Positions 8,575 through 16,973 of a stretch of DNA of 44,115 nt are shown here, in pieces. The position numbers and the translations under genes are program-made. Origin of the DNA: Oscillospiraceae bacterium (GTDB lineage Bacteria > Bacillota > Clostridia > Oscillospirales > Acutalibacteraceae); contig DASRNG010000051.1 of NCBI GenBank assembly GCA_035647555.1, forward strand, positions 1-44,115, written 5' to 3'. How positions within the stretch are numbered: the stretch's first letter is position 1; every line of letters begins with the position of its first letter. Under the pieces are notes generated by a model that was not told the origin of the DNA, did not search any database, and saw nothing but the letters and a program-made list of their open reading frames with translations.

Positions 8575-9510
8575 TTATAAACCCTCCCCAATATGCTCAC
8601 CCGTAGCGTTTAGAAAAACATCATCCATTGAGCCTTTTAGCACCTCAAAAAAGCGTATATCACTCTTAAAAAAGTTGATAAGCTCTATAATTTCGTCTGT
8701 GCTGTCGCAGGTGATTGTGTAAGTGTCGGCAGTCTTTTTAAGCTTTACTCCTTTTTCCTGTGCCCTTTTTTCAAAGCTTCTTGCTTCTTTAGGTGTAATG
8801 ACAAGACGGTCAAAAGAATAACGTGATTTTAACTCTGCAGGGCTTGCGGCACACACTTTTTTGCCTTGATGGATAATGACAACATAGTCGGCATTTGCGG
8901 TTTCCTCCATGTAATGAGTTGTTAAAAATAATGTCATACCCGTCGCTTTACGAATGGAATGAAGAATATCCCAAACCTCGGCTCTCGTTTTCGGGTCAAG
9001 CCCCGTGGTAGGTTCGTCAAGAAAAAGAATTTCGGGAGAGGTGAAAAGCGCCCGTGCGATTTCCACTTTTCTTTTTTGACCGCCCGAAAGAGTTTTAATA
9101 CGTTTTTTATAGAAATCATCAATATGCAAAAGAGAAATGATTTCATTACAGCGCTTTTTTACGGCCTTTCTGTCAGGCATATAAAGAGCGCCGTAAACGA
9201 GCAGATTTTCTTCAACTGTGAGCAGCTCATCAAAAATATTGTTTTGAAAAACAACGCCGATTTTATTCTTGAAGGATATAACATTTTCTTTGCCGTTATA
9301 TAAAACCGCTCCGCTGTCTTTTTCTAGCAGCCCAACTAGCATATTTATTGTAGTAGTTTTTCCTGCACCATTCTGCCCTAAAAAGGCGAAAAGGCTACCT
9401 TTAGGCACAGAAAAGCTCAGCGAGTCTACCGCCTTTTTACCGCCGAAGGCTTTCGACAAGTTTTCAACTGTAATAACGGGTTTGCTGTCTAAAATGAGGC
9501 TCAAAGACAT
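8575..9510 (-). CDS. ABC transporter ATP-binding protein (DrrA/CcmA-like exporter type)
   Basis: Walker A GQNGAGKTT, signature LSGGQKRK, Walker B ILFLDEPTTGLD. AAAGGAGAG RBS. Confidence 0.85.
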   Translation of the reverse strand: MSLSLILDSKPVITVENLSKAFGGKKAVDSLSFSVPKGSLFAFLGQNGAGKTTTINMLVGLLEKDSGAVLYNGKENVISFKNKIGVVFQNNIFDELLTVEENLLVYGALYMPDRKAVKKRCNEIISLLHIDDFYKKRIKTLSGGQKRKVEIARALFTSPEILFLDEPTTGLDPKTRAEVWDILHSIRKATGMTLFLTTHYMEETANADYVVIIHQGKKVCAASPAELKSRYSFDRLVITPKEARSFEKRAQEKGVKLKKTADTYTITCDSTDEIIELINFFKSDIRFFEVLKGSMDDVFLNATGEHIGEGL

Positions 9511-9537
9511 CTCTCCTTTGTAAAATTAAAATATAAG

Positions 9538-9552
9538 ACAATGTATCATTGT
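9538..9552. promoter_or_regulatory. Perfect 6-3-6 palindrome ACAATG-TAT-CATTGT, 28-42 nt upstream of the ABC ATPase start; candidate operator in the exporter promoter
   Basis: Read directly. On the minus strand it sits just upstream of a TATATT -10-like hexamer. Confidence 0.35.
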
Positions 9553-9673
9553 GGAAATGGTAGTTGAAAGGTATTTATAAATGGTATAGAAGCTATAAAA
9601 CCAACAAAAAATCACCTTATAGGTATATATTAAAGCAAGTGAAAAGATTTTACAATATTTTTCTTATATTACC

Positions 9674-9702
9674 TTGAATTGTTTTCGTGTATGCAGTACA
9701 AT
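9674..9702 (+). promoter_or_regulatory. SigA-type promoter for the 9738-16252 operon
   Basis: TTGAAT (9674-9679), 17-nt spacer, TACAAT (9697-9702). It lies 36 nt upstream of the first ATG. Confidence 0.5.
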
Positions 9703-9737
9703 AAAATAAATATTTACTGGTGAAGGACGGGTATCTA

Positions 9738-10535
9738 ATGATAAAACTTGGTGTCAACAGTGTTCTGTTCAAGCGTTTTTCATTTCGTGAGGCGGCAGAG
9801 ATTATAAGCAGGTGCGGTTATGATGGTGTTGAAATTTCTGCTATTGAGGGTATGTGCGAACACCTTGCCCTAACTAAGTATAAAACGCAAAAAACAGAAC
9901 TTCTTTCTATTTCTAAGGAGTATAATCTTCCGTTTCTTTCTACAGAAGTTGCAAGCCTTGATAGAGAGAGAATGCTGCTTGCGTTTGAGGCTTGCAGCGA
10001 GCTGTCTATTCCTGTAGCGAATATCGGCTCTGGTGGAAAGTCGGGTGATGAAGAATCTTTTAAAAAGGCTATGGAAACTATATCTATTTTAGCAAATGAT
10101 GCTGAAAGTTTTGGCATAACACTTTGTGTAAAAGCGCACGTGGGCGCAGCAGTACACAATACAGAAACAACACTTCGTATGGTAAAGGAAGTAAATTCTA
10201 ACTCCCTTGGGGTAGATATGGACCCTAGCCACATTCACAGAGCAGGTGAAAACCCAGCAAAAGAGCTTCCTAAAGTTATAGATTATATAAGGCATATACA
10301 TATAAGAGACTGCCTTGGCACGGGGCCTTCCCCGGGCGAGCCGTCTTTTCAGGCATGCGGCAGGGGAGACATTGACCTTTATGGTTACTGCAAGGCAATG
10401 GTAAGTGCAAATTATAACGGTCCTGTCTGCCTTGAAGTTATAGGGGCTGACCAAAGCCTTGAAAGTGCAGCCATAATAGCGGCGGAAAGCTATGGTTACA
10501 TAAATGCCTGCCTTAAAAGGCTTGGCGCAAGATAG
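9738..10535 (+). CDS. Sugar phosphate isomerase/epimerase, xylose-isomerase-like TIM barrel (IolE/IolI-like family)
   Basis: GYDGVEIS near the N-terminus, and the DMDPSHIHRAG and HIHIRD metal-ligand-type motifs of the AP_endonuc_2 fold. I chose the start at ATG 9738 (MIKLGVNS) rather than GTG 9720. Confidence 0.65.
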   Translation: MIKLGVNSVLFKRFSFREAAEIISRCGYDGVEISAIEGMCEHLALTKYKTQKTELLSISKEYNLPFLSTEVASLDRERMLLAFEACSELSIPVANIGSGGKSGDEESFKKAMETISILANDAESFGITLCVKAHVGAAVHNTETTLRMVKEVNSNSLGVDMDPSHIHRAGENPAKELPKVIDYIRHIHIRDCLGTGPSPGEPSFQACGRGDIDLYGYCKAMVSANYNGPVCLEVIGADQSLESAAIIAAESYGYINACLKRLGAR

Positions 10536-10570
10536 ATAAATCTTAAATAAAAAAGAATGGATTGATATTA

Positions 10571-11935
10571 ATGAAAAAAAGTCCTAATATTTTATTTTTC
10601 GGCATCGACAGTTTAAGAAGTGACCATATGAGTCTATACGGTTATGATAGGCTAACCACACCGCATATTGATAAATATATAAACGAGTGCGGCATTGTAT
10701 TTGAGAATATGTTTAGTCCCTCTGTTCCTACTACCCCTGGCTATGCTTCAATGCTAACGGGGTTTGACTGCTTTGGTACAGACTGTGTGGCGCTTCGCCA
10801 CAAGGGGCAGCTGCTCAGTAGTATCAAAACACTTCCAGAGGTGCTTCGTGAAAATGGGTACACATCTACCTGCATAGGTTTTAGCGGTAACGCTGGCTCA
10901 AGAGGGTTTGATAACTACTTATCCTATGGCGATTGGGAGCCTAATAAAGCAGAAAATATGAATGACGTTGCGCTACCTGAGCTTGAAAGGCTTGTAAAGC
11001 AAGATAAGCCGTGGCTAATGTTTATGCGCCATATGGACCCGCACAGCCCGTATTATGCACCACGCCCGTTTGATAGGCTGTTTTATAGCGAAGATGAGTT
11101 TGACCCAAACAACAAATCTTTGCAGCCTGTATATGACTTTAAGCCGTTTTGCGATTATTTTAAGTCTTGGTTTCCTGATGGCTGTACTGATGCACAGTAT
11201 ATTATAGCGCAGTATGACGGTGCTGTAGCTTATATGGACGCTTGCATAAATCAAATTTTAGAAAAGCTTTACACCCTTGGCGTAGAAGATGACACGATTG
11301 TTATTTTCACCTCTGACCACGGCGAAACGCTTGACGAGCATGACTGTTATTTTGACCATCATTCACTTTATGATAACGTACTAGTCGTTCCTTTCGCATT
11401 TCGTTATAATAAATTTGAGTACGCAGGAAGACTTTCAGACTATTGCCAAGTAAAAGATATTATGCCAACGATTTTATCCCTTTGCGGTATAGATAGCGGT
11501 ATAAAGTTTGACGGCATAGATATGACAAAGGCTATTACAGGTGAGGGCATAAAACAAGAAAGCGAAATGTACATAACAGAGGCCACATGGATGAGAAAGC
11601 ACGGCTGGCGTACACCTGAATGGAAGCTTATGATAGCGCTTGAGCCAGACTTTCACTACAAACCTGAAATAGAGCTTTATAACCTGATAGATGACCCTAA
11701 AGAGCTTCACAATATAGCAGACAAAGAGCCAAATGTTGTAGAGTTCTTAAAAACGAGAATGGAAGAACATATAAGCAAAAGAGAGAAAGAAACAGGCAGA
11801 CCGAACCCAATGTATACAAACCTTGACTGGAGCGGGTTTGGCAGGCCTTTCGAGTCGTCAGACGAGGCATATAACACACTTTATATAGGCAGTTCTACCA
11901 CGGCGAAAAAACTTCAGTCAAAATCTAAGGATTAA
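10571..11935 (+). CDS. Sulfatase-fold (alkaline-phosphatase superfamily) hydrolase/transferase with a Thr at the nucleophile position; cytoplasmic
   Basis: NILFFGIDSLRSDH, TTPGYASMLTG (10730 onward) and FTSDHGE motifs. It has no signal peptide and no C/S-x-P-x-R box. Confidence 0.7.
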   Translation: MKKSPNILFFGIDSLRSDHMSLYGYDRLTTPHIDKYINECGIVFENMFSPSVPTTPGYASMLTGFDCFGTDCVALRHKGQLLSSIKTLPEVLRENGYTSTCIGFSGNAGSRGFDNYLSYGDWEPNKAENMNDVALPELERLVKQDKPWLMFMRHMDPHSPYYAPRPFDRLFYSEDEFDPNNKSLQPVYDFKPFCDYFKSWFPDGCTDAQYIIAQYDGAVAYMDACINQILEKLYTLGVEDDTIVIFTSDHGETLDEHDCYFDHHSLYDNVLVVPFAFRYNKFEYAGRLSDYCQVKDIMPTILSLCGIDSGIKFDGIDMTKAITGEGIKQESEMYITEATWMRKHGWRTPEWKLMIALEPDFHYKPEIELYNLIDDPKELHNIADKEPNVVEFLKTRMEEHISKREKETGRPNPMYTNLDWSGFGRPFESSDEAYNTLYIGSSTTAKKLQSKSKD

Positions 11936-11956
11936 AAACGGAAGGAAGCGAAAAAC

Positions 11957-12967
11957 ATGCAGCGGTGCTGTGTTATTGGCATGGGTCACATAGGAAACAT
12001 ACACGCAAGGGCATATAAAGAGTGTGAAAAAGCCACTCTTGTTGGAGTGTGTGACAAAATAGAGGAAAGGGCAAAAAGTGCGGGAGAAAAGTTTGGTGTA
12101 CCGTATTTTTTAAGCGCCCGTGAAATGCTCCGTGCGTTAAAGCCTGATATTTGCAGCGTTTCTACAGGTGGATTTGAGTATGCGAGTGACCACTTCGAGC
12201 CTACTATAGAAGCTTTAGAATTTGGCTGCCATGTGCTTGGGGAAAAGCCTATAAGCAATAATTTAATAGAGGCACAAAAGATGGTGGATACGGCAGAAAA
12301 GCTTAACCTTTGCTATGGGATAGACCTTAACCACCGCTTTACGCCTGCTGCAAGGCAGGCTAAAAGGTGGCAAGAGGAGGGCAGAATAGGCGAGTTGCTT
12401 TTTTGCAACATGGCTTTATGGATAGGCAGAGATGACCCGCTGGATACGCCGTATTACCACCTAAAGGCATTAAATCCCCACAGCGTAAACATTATGCAGT
12501 ACTTTTGCGGCCCTGTTAAAGAGGTGTCCTGCTTTGCGCTTAAAGCCTTGGGCCGGCAAATTTATTCAACGGCATCTGTAAATATGCGGTTTTCATGTGG
12601 TGCGGTGGGGCATCTTACAAGCTCTTATGATATTAAACGAGGCCACCCAATGGAGCGGTGCGAAGTTGCGGGAGTAAACGGCAGATTTATATTTGAGGAT
12701 ATGTGGCGAGAGGCAACGCTTTACCCCGCCGAGTCGTGGATTAAAGAAGTTTATACAAACCCTGTTTTTGGAGGGTTTGAAGGTTTTTATGATACATTTA
12801 GAGATAGAATTCACAGTTTTGTAAATCAAGTAGAAGAAGGTATAGAGCCTAAAGACATTGACGGCAGCGCAAAAGAGGGGCTTGAGGCATCAAGAGTTAT
12901 ACATGCCGCTATAAAGTCAATTAAAGAAAATGGCGCTGTAATTAATGTTGCAGATATAAAAGAATAA
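11957..12967 (+). CDS. Gfo/Idh/MocA family NAD(P)-dependent oxidoreductase
   Basis: N-terminal Rossmann motif IGMGHIGNIH and the GEKP motif (HVLGEKPIS) typical of the family. Confidence 0.75.
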   Translation: MQRCCVIGMGHIGNIHARAYKECEKATLVGVCDKIEERAKSAGEKFGVPYFLSAREMLRALKPDICSVSTGGFEYASDHFEPTIEALEFGCHVLGEKPISNNLIEAQKMVDTAEKLNLCYGIDLNHRFTPAARQAKRWQEEGRIGELLFCNMALWIGRDDPLDTPYYHLKALNPHSVNIMQYFCGPVKEVSCFALKALGRQIYSTASVNMRFSCGAVGHLTSSYDIKRGHPMERCEVAGVNGRFIFEDMWREATLYPAESWIKEVYTNPVFGGFEGFYDTFRDRIHSFVNQVEEGIEPKDIDGSAKEGLEASRVIHAAIKSIKENGAVINVADIKE

Positions 12968-12999
12968 AATTTGTGCAAAGCACAGAAAGGGTTGTAAAT

Positions 13000-14088
13000 A
13001 TGCCAAAAGCACCTTTAAAAGTTGGAGTCGTTGGAATGGGCGGCATAGGGAATACTCATGCAAAATGTTATAGCGAGAATAAGCTGTCGCAGCTAATATG
13101 CGTGTGCGACCTGAAAAAAGACAGAGCAGACAAGGCGGCGGAAAAGTATGGAGTCCCTGCATTTTATAGTCTTAGTGAAATGCTAAATGCATATCCAGAG
13201 CTTGATATTGTAGACGTTTGCACAAGCGGATTTGAAAATGGAAGTTGGCACTATGAGCCTGTTATGGAGGCGCTTGATGCAGGAAAGCACGTTTTAACTG
13301 AAAAGCCAATTTCAAACGATATATTTGAAGCGAGAGATATGGTAAACTTTGCGGCAAAGAAAAATCTTTATCTTGGCTGCAACCTTAACCACTTCTTTTC
13401 AGAGCCAGCAGACAGGGCAAGAGAATACATTGCAAATGATAAAATAGGTGAGCAAATTTATTGTATAAACAAGGTGGGTTTTAACGGAAGTTCAGTAAAC
13501 CCTTTGGCGATAGATAAGAATTCACGCTGGCAAATGCCGTACTCACACGCAAAAGCATTTCTAACGCACCCATTTTCTGTTATGCGCCACTTTTGTGGTG
13601 ATGTTACGCACATACAAGCGTTTATGGATAGACCTGGCGCCCGCAAACAGTCAGGCGACCTTATGCTTTCGGTACAAAGTATACATATGAAATTTCAAAA
13701 TGGGTGTATGGGATATTTGCTTTCACAAAGGGGCGATGCCTGTTTTGGGCTTGGCGGTTGGTGGAGTTTTGAGCTTGCAGGTACTAAGGGCACATTTTGC
13801 ATAGAGGACTGTGTTGACAAAATAACGTATTGGGAGCATGAAAAAGAGCCTGTTATAAACAGCACAGGTATTACAGACTTTGGTGCAACATTCCCTATTA
13901 GAATAAATGCTTTTCTTGAAGATGTTATAAACGGCGTTCCACGAGAGCATTTAAGGGCAAACGGGAGAGATGCGCTCGCTACTATGGAGTATATTTTTGC
14001 AGCGATTGACTCTTTTGAGTCTGGCGGCGAAATTGTTCGCCCGCACGCACTTCCCCCTTATCATGGTGACAGCAGCATTATAAAATAA
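13000..14088 (+). CDS. Gfo/Idh/MocA family NAD(P)-dependent oxidoreductase (second copy, diverged)
   Basis: VGVVGMGGIGNTH and HVLTEKPIS motifs. I chose the start at ATG 13000 (MPKAPLKVG) rather than GTG 12973. Confidence 0.75.
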   Translation: MPKAPLKVGVVGMGGIGNTHAKCYSENKLSQLICVCDLKKDRADKAAEKYGVPAFYSLSEMLNAYPELDIVDVCTSGFENGSWHYEPVMEALDAGKHVLTEKPISNDIFEARDMVNFAAKKNLYLGCNLNHFFSEPADRAREYIANDKIGEQIYCINKVGFNGSSVNPLAIDKNSRWQMPYSHAKAFLTHPFSVMRHFCGDVTHIQAFMDRPGARKQSGDLMLSVQSIHMKFQNGCMGYLLSQRGDACFGLGGWWSFELAGTKGTFCIEDCVDKITYWEHEKEPVINSTGITDFGATFPIRINAFLEDVINGVPREHLRANGRDALATMEYIFAAIDSFESGGEIVRPHALPPYHGDSSIIK

Positions 14089-14109
14089 AGCTGTGAAAGG
14101 CTAAGAGTT

Positions 14110-15324
14110 ATGAAGCATTCTCCCTATTTTGATATGGAAAGCAGAAAATTTACAGCACAAGGTGTTCGGTATATTGCGGACACCTTTAAAAGCTTTGATA
14201 AAAAGGGTATAAACGAATGTGATACGGCAGAATATTTAAGAAAAGTTCTTTCAAAGTTTTCAGACAGTGCCTCTTTAGAAGATGTGGCATATTGCCCTAT
14301 GGCAGATAAAGCGGCGTATACTATTCCGGCGGCAATTATGATATTCTGCTCACTTTTGTTTTTTATAACACGGTTTTCAAACTCGCTTGCCTTTCCGTTT
14401 ACGGCACTTCTTCTTTGCCTTGCTGCACTTTCTTGGTTTGTTTACGGTTTTATATTTGGCAAGCCAGCGGCAAACTTTCTTTTGAAAAGAGTAAAAGGGC
14501 GCAATGTAGTAGCAGTGAGAAAGCCATATGCCAGAACCAATAAAAGAGTGATAATTTGTGCAAATATAGACAGAGCGTATGAATACCGCTATGCAATGGG
14601 GTTTTCTCCAAAAACCCTTTTGGGGTTTACGGTTTTATTTGCTGCTGCTATGGTAATGTCGCTGTTAATTTTTATTTTTTATATTGCAGCTTTGCCTGAG
14701 GTCGGTGCAGTTTGGCAAAAAGTTGCTACTATACAATTGGTGTTTAATATTTTTTATATTCCTGCTCTTTTCTTTTTCTCAAATAAAAGCACAAGAGGAG
14801 CGGCGCACAATTTATCTGCCGTATATGCAGCAATAGGAATTATGAAGGAGCTTTCTGATAGCCATTACCGCTATAGTGATACAGAGGTTATCTGCCTTTT
14901 AACGACGGCTAAAAATGCAGGTCAAAAGGGTGCTGCGGCATATATTAAAAGGAATATACACGAGCTTAAAAAAACAGATACTACGGTAATTGTTTTAGAG
15001 TCACTTTGTAATACTGATGAAATTTCTATTGCTAATAGAGATGAATCAGGGCTTTTGAAAACTTCTGGCGAATTAAATGCACTAATGGAGTTATCCGCCA
15101 GCAGTATCGGCATAAAAACAGTAAAATCGCCTATAAAAATAGGCAGTACAGATGCTGTAAAATTTATTCACAGCGGAATACAGTCTGTAATAATTAGAGC
15201 GGCAGGTAAAAACAGAAAACAGCTTTATCCTACTCGATTTGATGACACAAAAGCGGTAAATAGCGAGTGCATAGAAAGTGTCATGAAAATGGTTATAGAG
15301 GGAGTAAATCTTTTAGCAGAATAA
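14110..15324 (+). CDS. Polytopic membrane protein with M28-peptidase-like motif order but substituted metal ligands (putative pseudo-peptidase)
   Basis: The motif series GRNVVAV...VIICANID, GAAHNLSAVYAAIGIMKEL, LLTTAKNAGQKGAAAY, VLESLCN and GSTDAVKF follows the M28 order (HxD, GAxDNxSG, EE, D, SDH), but the ligand positions are changed. Hydrophobic TM blocks lie before and between these motifs. Confidence 0.35.
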   Translation: MKHSPYFDMESRKFTAQGVRYIADTFKSFDKKGINECDTAEYLRKVLSKFSDSASLEDVAYCPMADKAAYTIPAAIMIFCSLLFFITRFSNSLAFPFTALLLCLAALSWFVYGFIFGKPAANFLLKRVKGRNVVAVRKPYARTNKRVIICANIDRAYEYRYAMGFSPKTLLGFTVLFAAAMVMSLLIFIFYIAALPEVGAVWQKVATIQLVFNIFYIPALFFFSNKSTRGAAHNLSAVYAAIGIMKELSDSHYRYSDTEVICLLTTAKNAGQKGAAAYIKRNIHELKKTDTTVIVLESLCNTDEISIANRDESGLLKTSGELNALMELSASSIGIKTVKSPIKIGSTDAVKFIHSGIQSVIIRAAGKNRKQLYPTRFDDTKAVNSECIESVMKMVIEGVNLLAE

Positions 15325-15397
15325 ATTTTACTAAAACACTTAATAAACCAACCTAAATAGGCAAGAATAAAAGCAAATGGTATAAAGGGTTGGTTTA

Positions 15398-16252
15398 ATG
15401 GTCGGCAGAGTTAAAAAGACAGCAAAAAAAGCGCTACAGGGGAAGACAGGTAAATTATTTCTTGTCTCCCTTTTTGCGCTTTTCTTAAGGGTGATATTAC
15501 TATCGGCCTGCATATTTACTGTTTATTTTTTATCAATAAATACAGCTCAAAATTATATAAACTCTTTCGGGTTTGGCATTTGGTTTAGCTACTTAATATA
15601 TATTACTTCAGCAGTATTTATTCTTTTAATGCTGCAAACAGCCGCCGCTATAAAACTTGGAGAAACAGAATATTACGGTATTTATGCTGGTGGAGGCAGC
15701 GCAAGGTTTGCAGTTTTATTTTCACATTGCCGCCCATTGTCATCATTAAAGGCATTAACGCTTTATGTATCTATAAATATGTTTCGGCTTCTTTGGCTTG
15801 TTGTTATGCTAATCCCATGTATGTTTGTAGCTTTTATTACATTTCTTTTATATTATGACACAGGGCTTTCCCTTAGTGTGTTTCTTTCCCTTTCTGTTTT
15901 AGTTATATCTTTGTTTTTAACGGCTATAATATCGTGGTATTTTTTTATACAAAAATACTGCTATGCCGCCCTATTTTCTGCAAAAAGCAAGGAGTTTTCA
16001 CCAAGAAGCGGAATAAGGCGAAGCATAGCGGTGTTTGACTGTTCAGGAGTTCATCCTGCTATAGTTAAAATAAGCCTTTTAGTACCGCTTGCCTGCTGTG
16101 TTTTTATATTACCCGCAGTTTATATCTTGCCTTATATAAAAATGAGCATGGCAGCACTATATGTAGAAAGCAAAAAGAATGCAAAGCTTATTGTTTACCC
16201 ACAAGAAAACAAACCTATTGTACTTTACACTAAAAAGTCATTCAACTGGTGA
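15398..16252 (+). CDS. Integral membrane protein, DUF975-like
   Basis: The N-terminus VKKTAKKALQGKTGKLFLVSLF resembles the DUF975 opening motif. It is followed by about 5-6 TM segments. Confidence 0.45.
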   Translation: MVGRVKKTAKKALQGKTGKLFLVSLFALFLRVILLSACIFTVYFLSINTAQNYINSFGFGIWFSYLIYITSAVFILLMLQTAAAIKLGETEYYGIYAGGGSARFAVLFSHCRPLSSLKALTLYVSINMFRLLWLVVMLIPCMFVAFITFLLYYDTGLSLSVFLSLSVLVISLFLTAIISWYFFIQKYCYAALFSAKSKEFSPRSGIRRSIAVFDCSGVHPAIVKISLLVPLACCVFILPAVYILPYIKMSMAALYVESKKNAKLIVYPQENKPIVLYTKKSFNW

Positions 16253-16332
16253 CATCGCCATAAAAATATGATATATTTAACGATATGAGCCACATTTTGC
16301 GTGGCTTAACTTAATTTAGGAGTTATTGTTAA

Positions 16333-16965
16333 ATGTATGATGTAGTTTTTTGGGACTGGAACGGCACTCTTTTAGATGATTTTACTGCAACTTTTTCATG
16401 CGTGAATGAAATGCTTGATGAAACAGGGGGCAGTCATATAGATTTTGAAAGATACTACTCACTTATGGACACCCCAATAAAAAAGTTTTATATAGGGCTT
16501 TTCGGCACAAATGAGCTTGACTTTGATAAAATATCGCAAAGCTTTCGCACTTCTTATAATAAAAGACTAAACAAAATAAAGCTTATGCCTTTTGCAAAAG
16601 AGGTTCTTTCCCGCAATAAAGACCTTGGAATCAAGCAGGTTATAATAACCTCTGCAAATAAAAAGGCAGTAGAGCAGCTTGTTTTTCAATATGGTATACG
16701 TGATTTTTTTGAAGATATAATAGGCGCTAATGACCATAAAGCGGCAAGCAAAATAGAAAGGGCAGCACAGTATTTTAATGAAAAGGGCTATAATAAAAGC
16801 CGTGCTATGATGATAGGGGACACGCTTCACGACCTTGAAACTGCAAATGCGCTCGGTATTGACTGTACTCTTATTACAAAAGGCCATCAGGGTGAAAGAA
16901 TTCTTAAACAGCTTGGCTGTAGAGTGATAAATAATCTTAATGAACTGTCTGAAATTATTAAATAG
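16333..16965 (+). CDS. HAD-superfamily hydrolase (phosphoglycolate-phosphatase-like subfamily IA)
   Basis: Motif I VVFWDWNGTLLDD, motif II ITSA, motif III/IV K...MIGDTLHD. Confidence 0.7.
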   Translation: MYDVVFWDWNGTLLDDFTATFSCVNEMLDETGGSHIDFERYYSLMDTPIKKFYIGLFGTNELDFDKISQSFRTSYNKRLNKIKLMPFAKEVLSRNKDLGIKQVIITSANKKAVEQLVFQYGIRDFFEDIIGANDHKAASKIERAAQYFNEKGYNKSRAMMIGDTLHDLETANALGIDCTLITKGHQGERILKQLGCRVINNLNELSEIIK

Positions 16966-16973
16966 CGAAAAGA

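Noticed and set aside
10571-11935. Calling this ORF a genuine formylglycine-dependent arylsulfatase that feeds sulfate to the PAPS pathway
   Set aside because: The C/S-x-P-x-R box reads T-T-P-G-Y, which cannot be matured to formylglycine. No maturase gene is present and the protein has no signal peptide.
16333-16965. HAD motif I deviations as a sign of inactive enzymes (DWNGT here, DFGGT in the 35311-36033 protein, in place of DxDGT)
   Set aside because: Several active HAD subfamilies naturally lack the second Asp. Motifs II-IV are intact in both proteins. This is not enough to call them pseudoenzymes.
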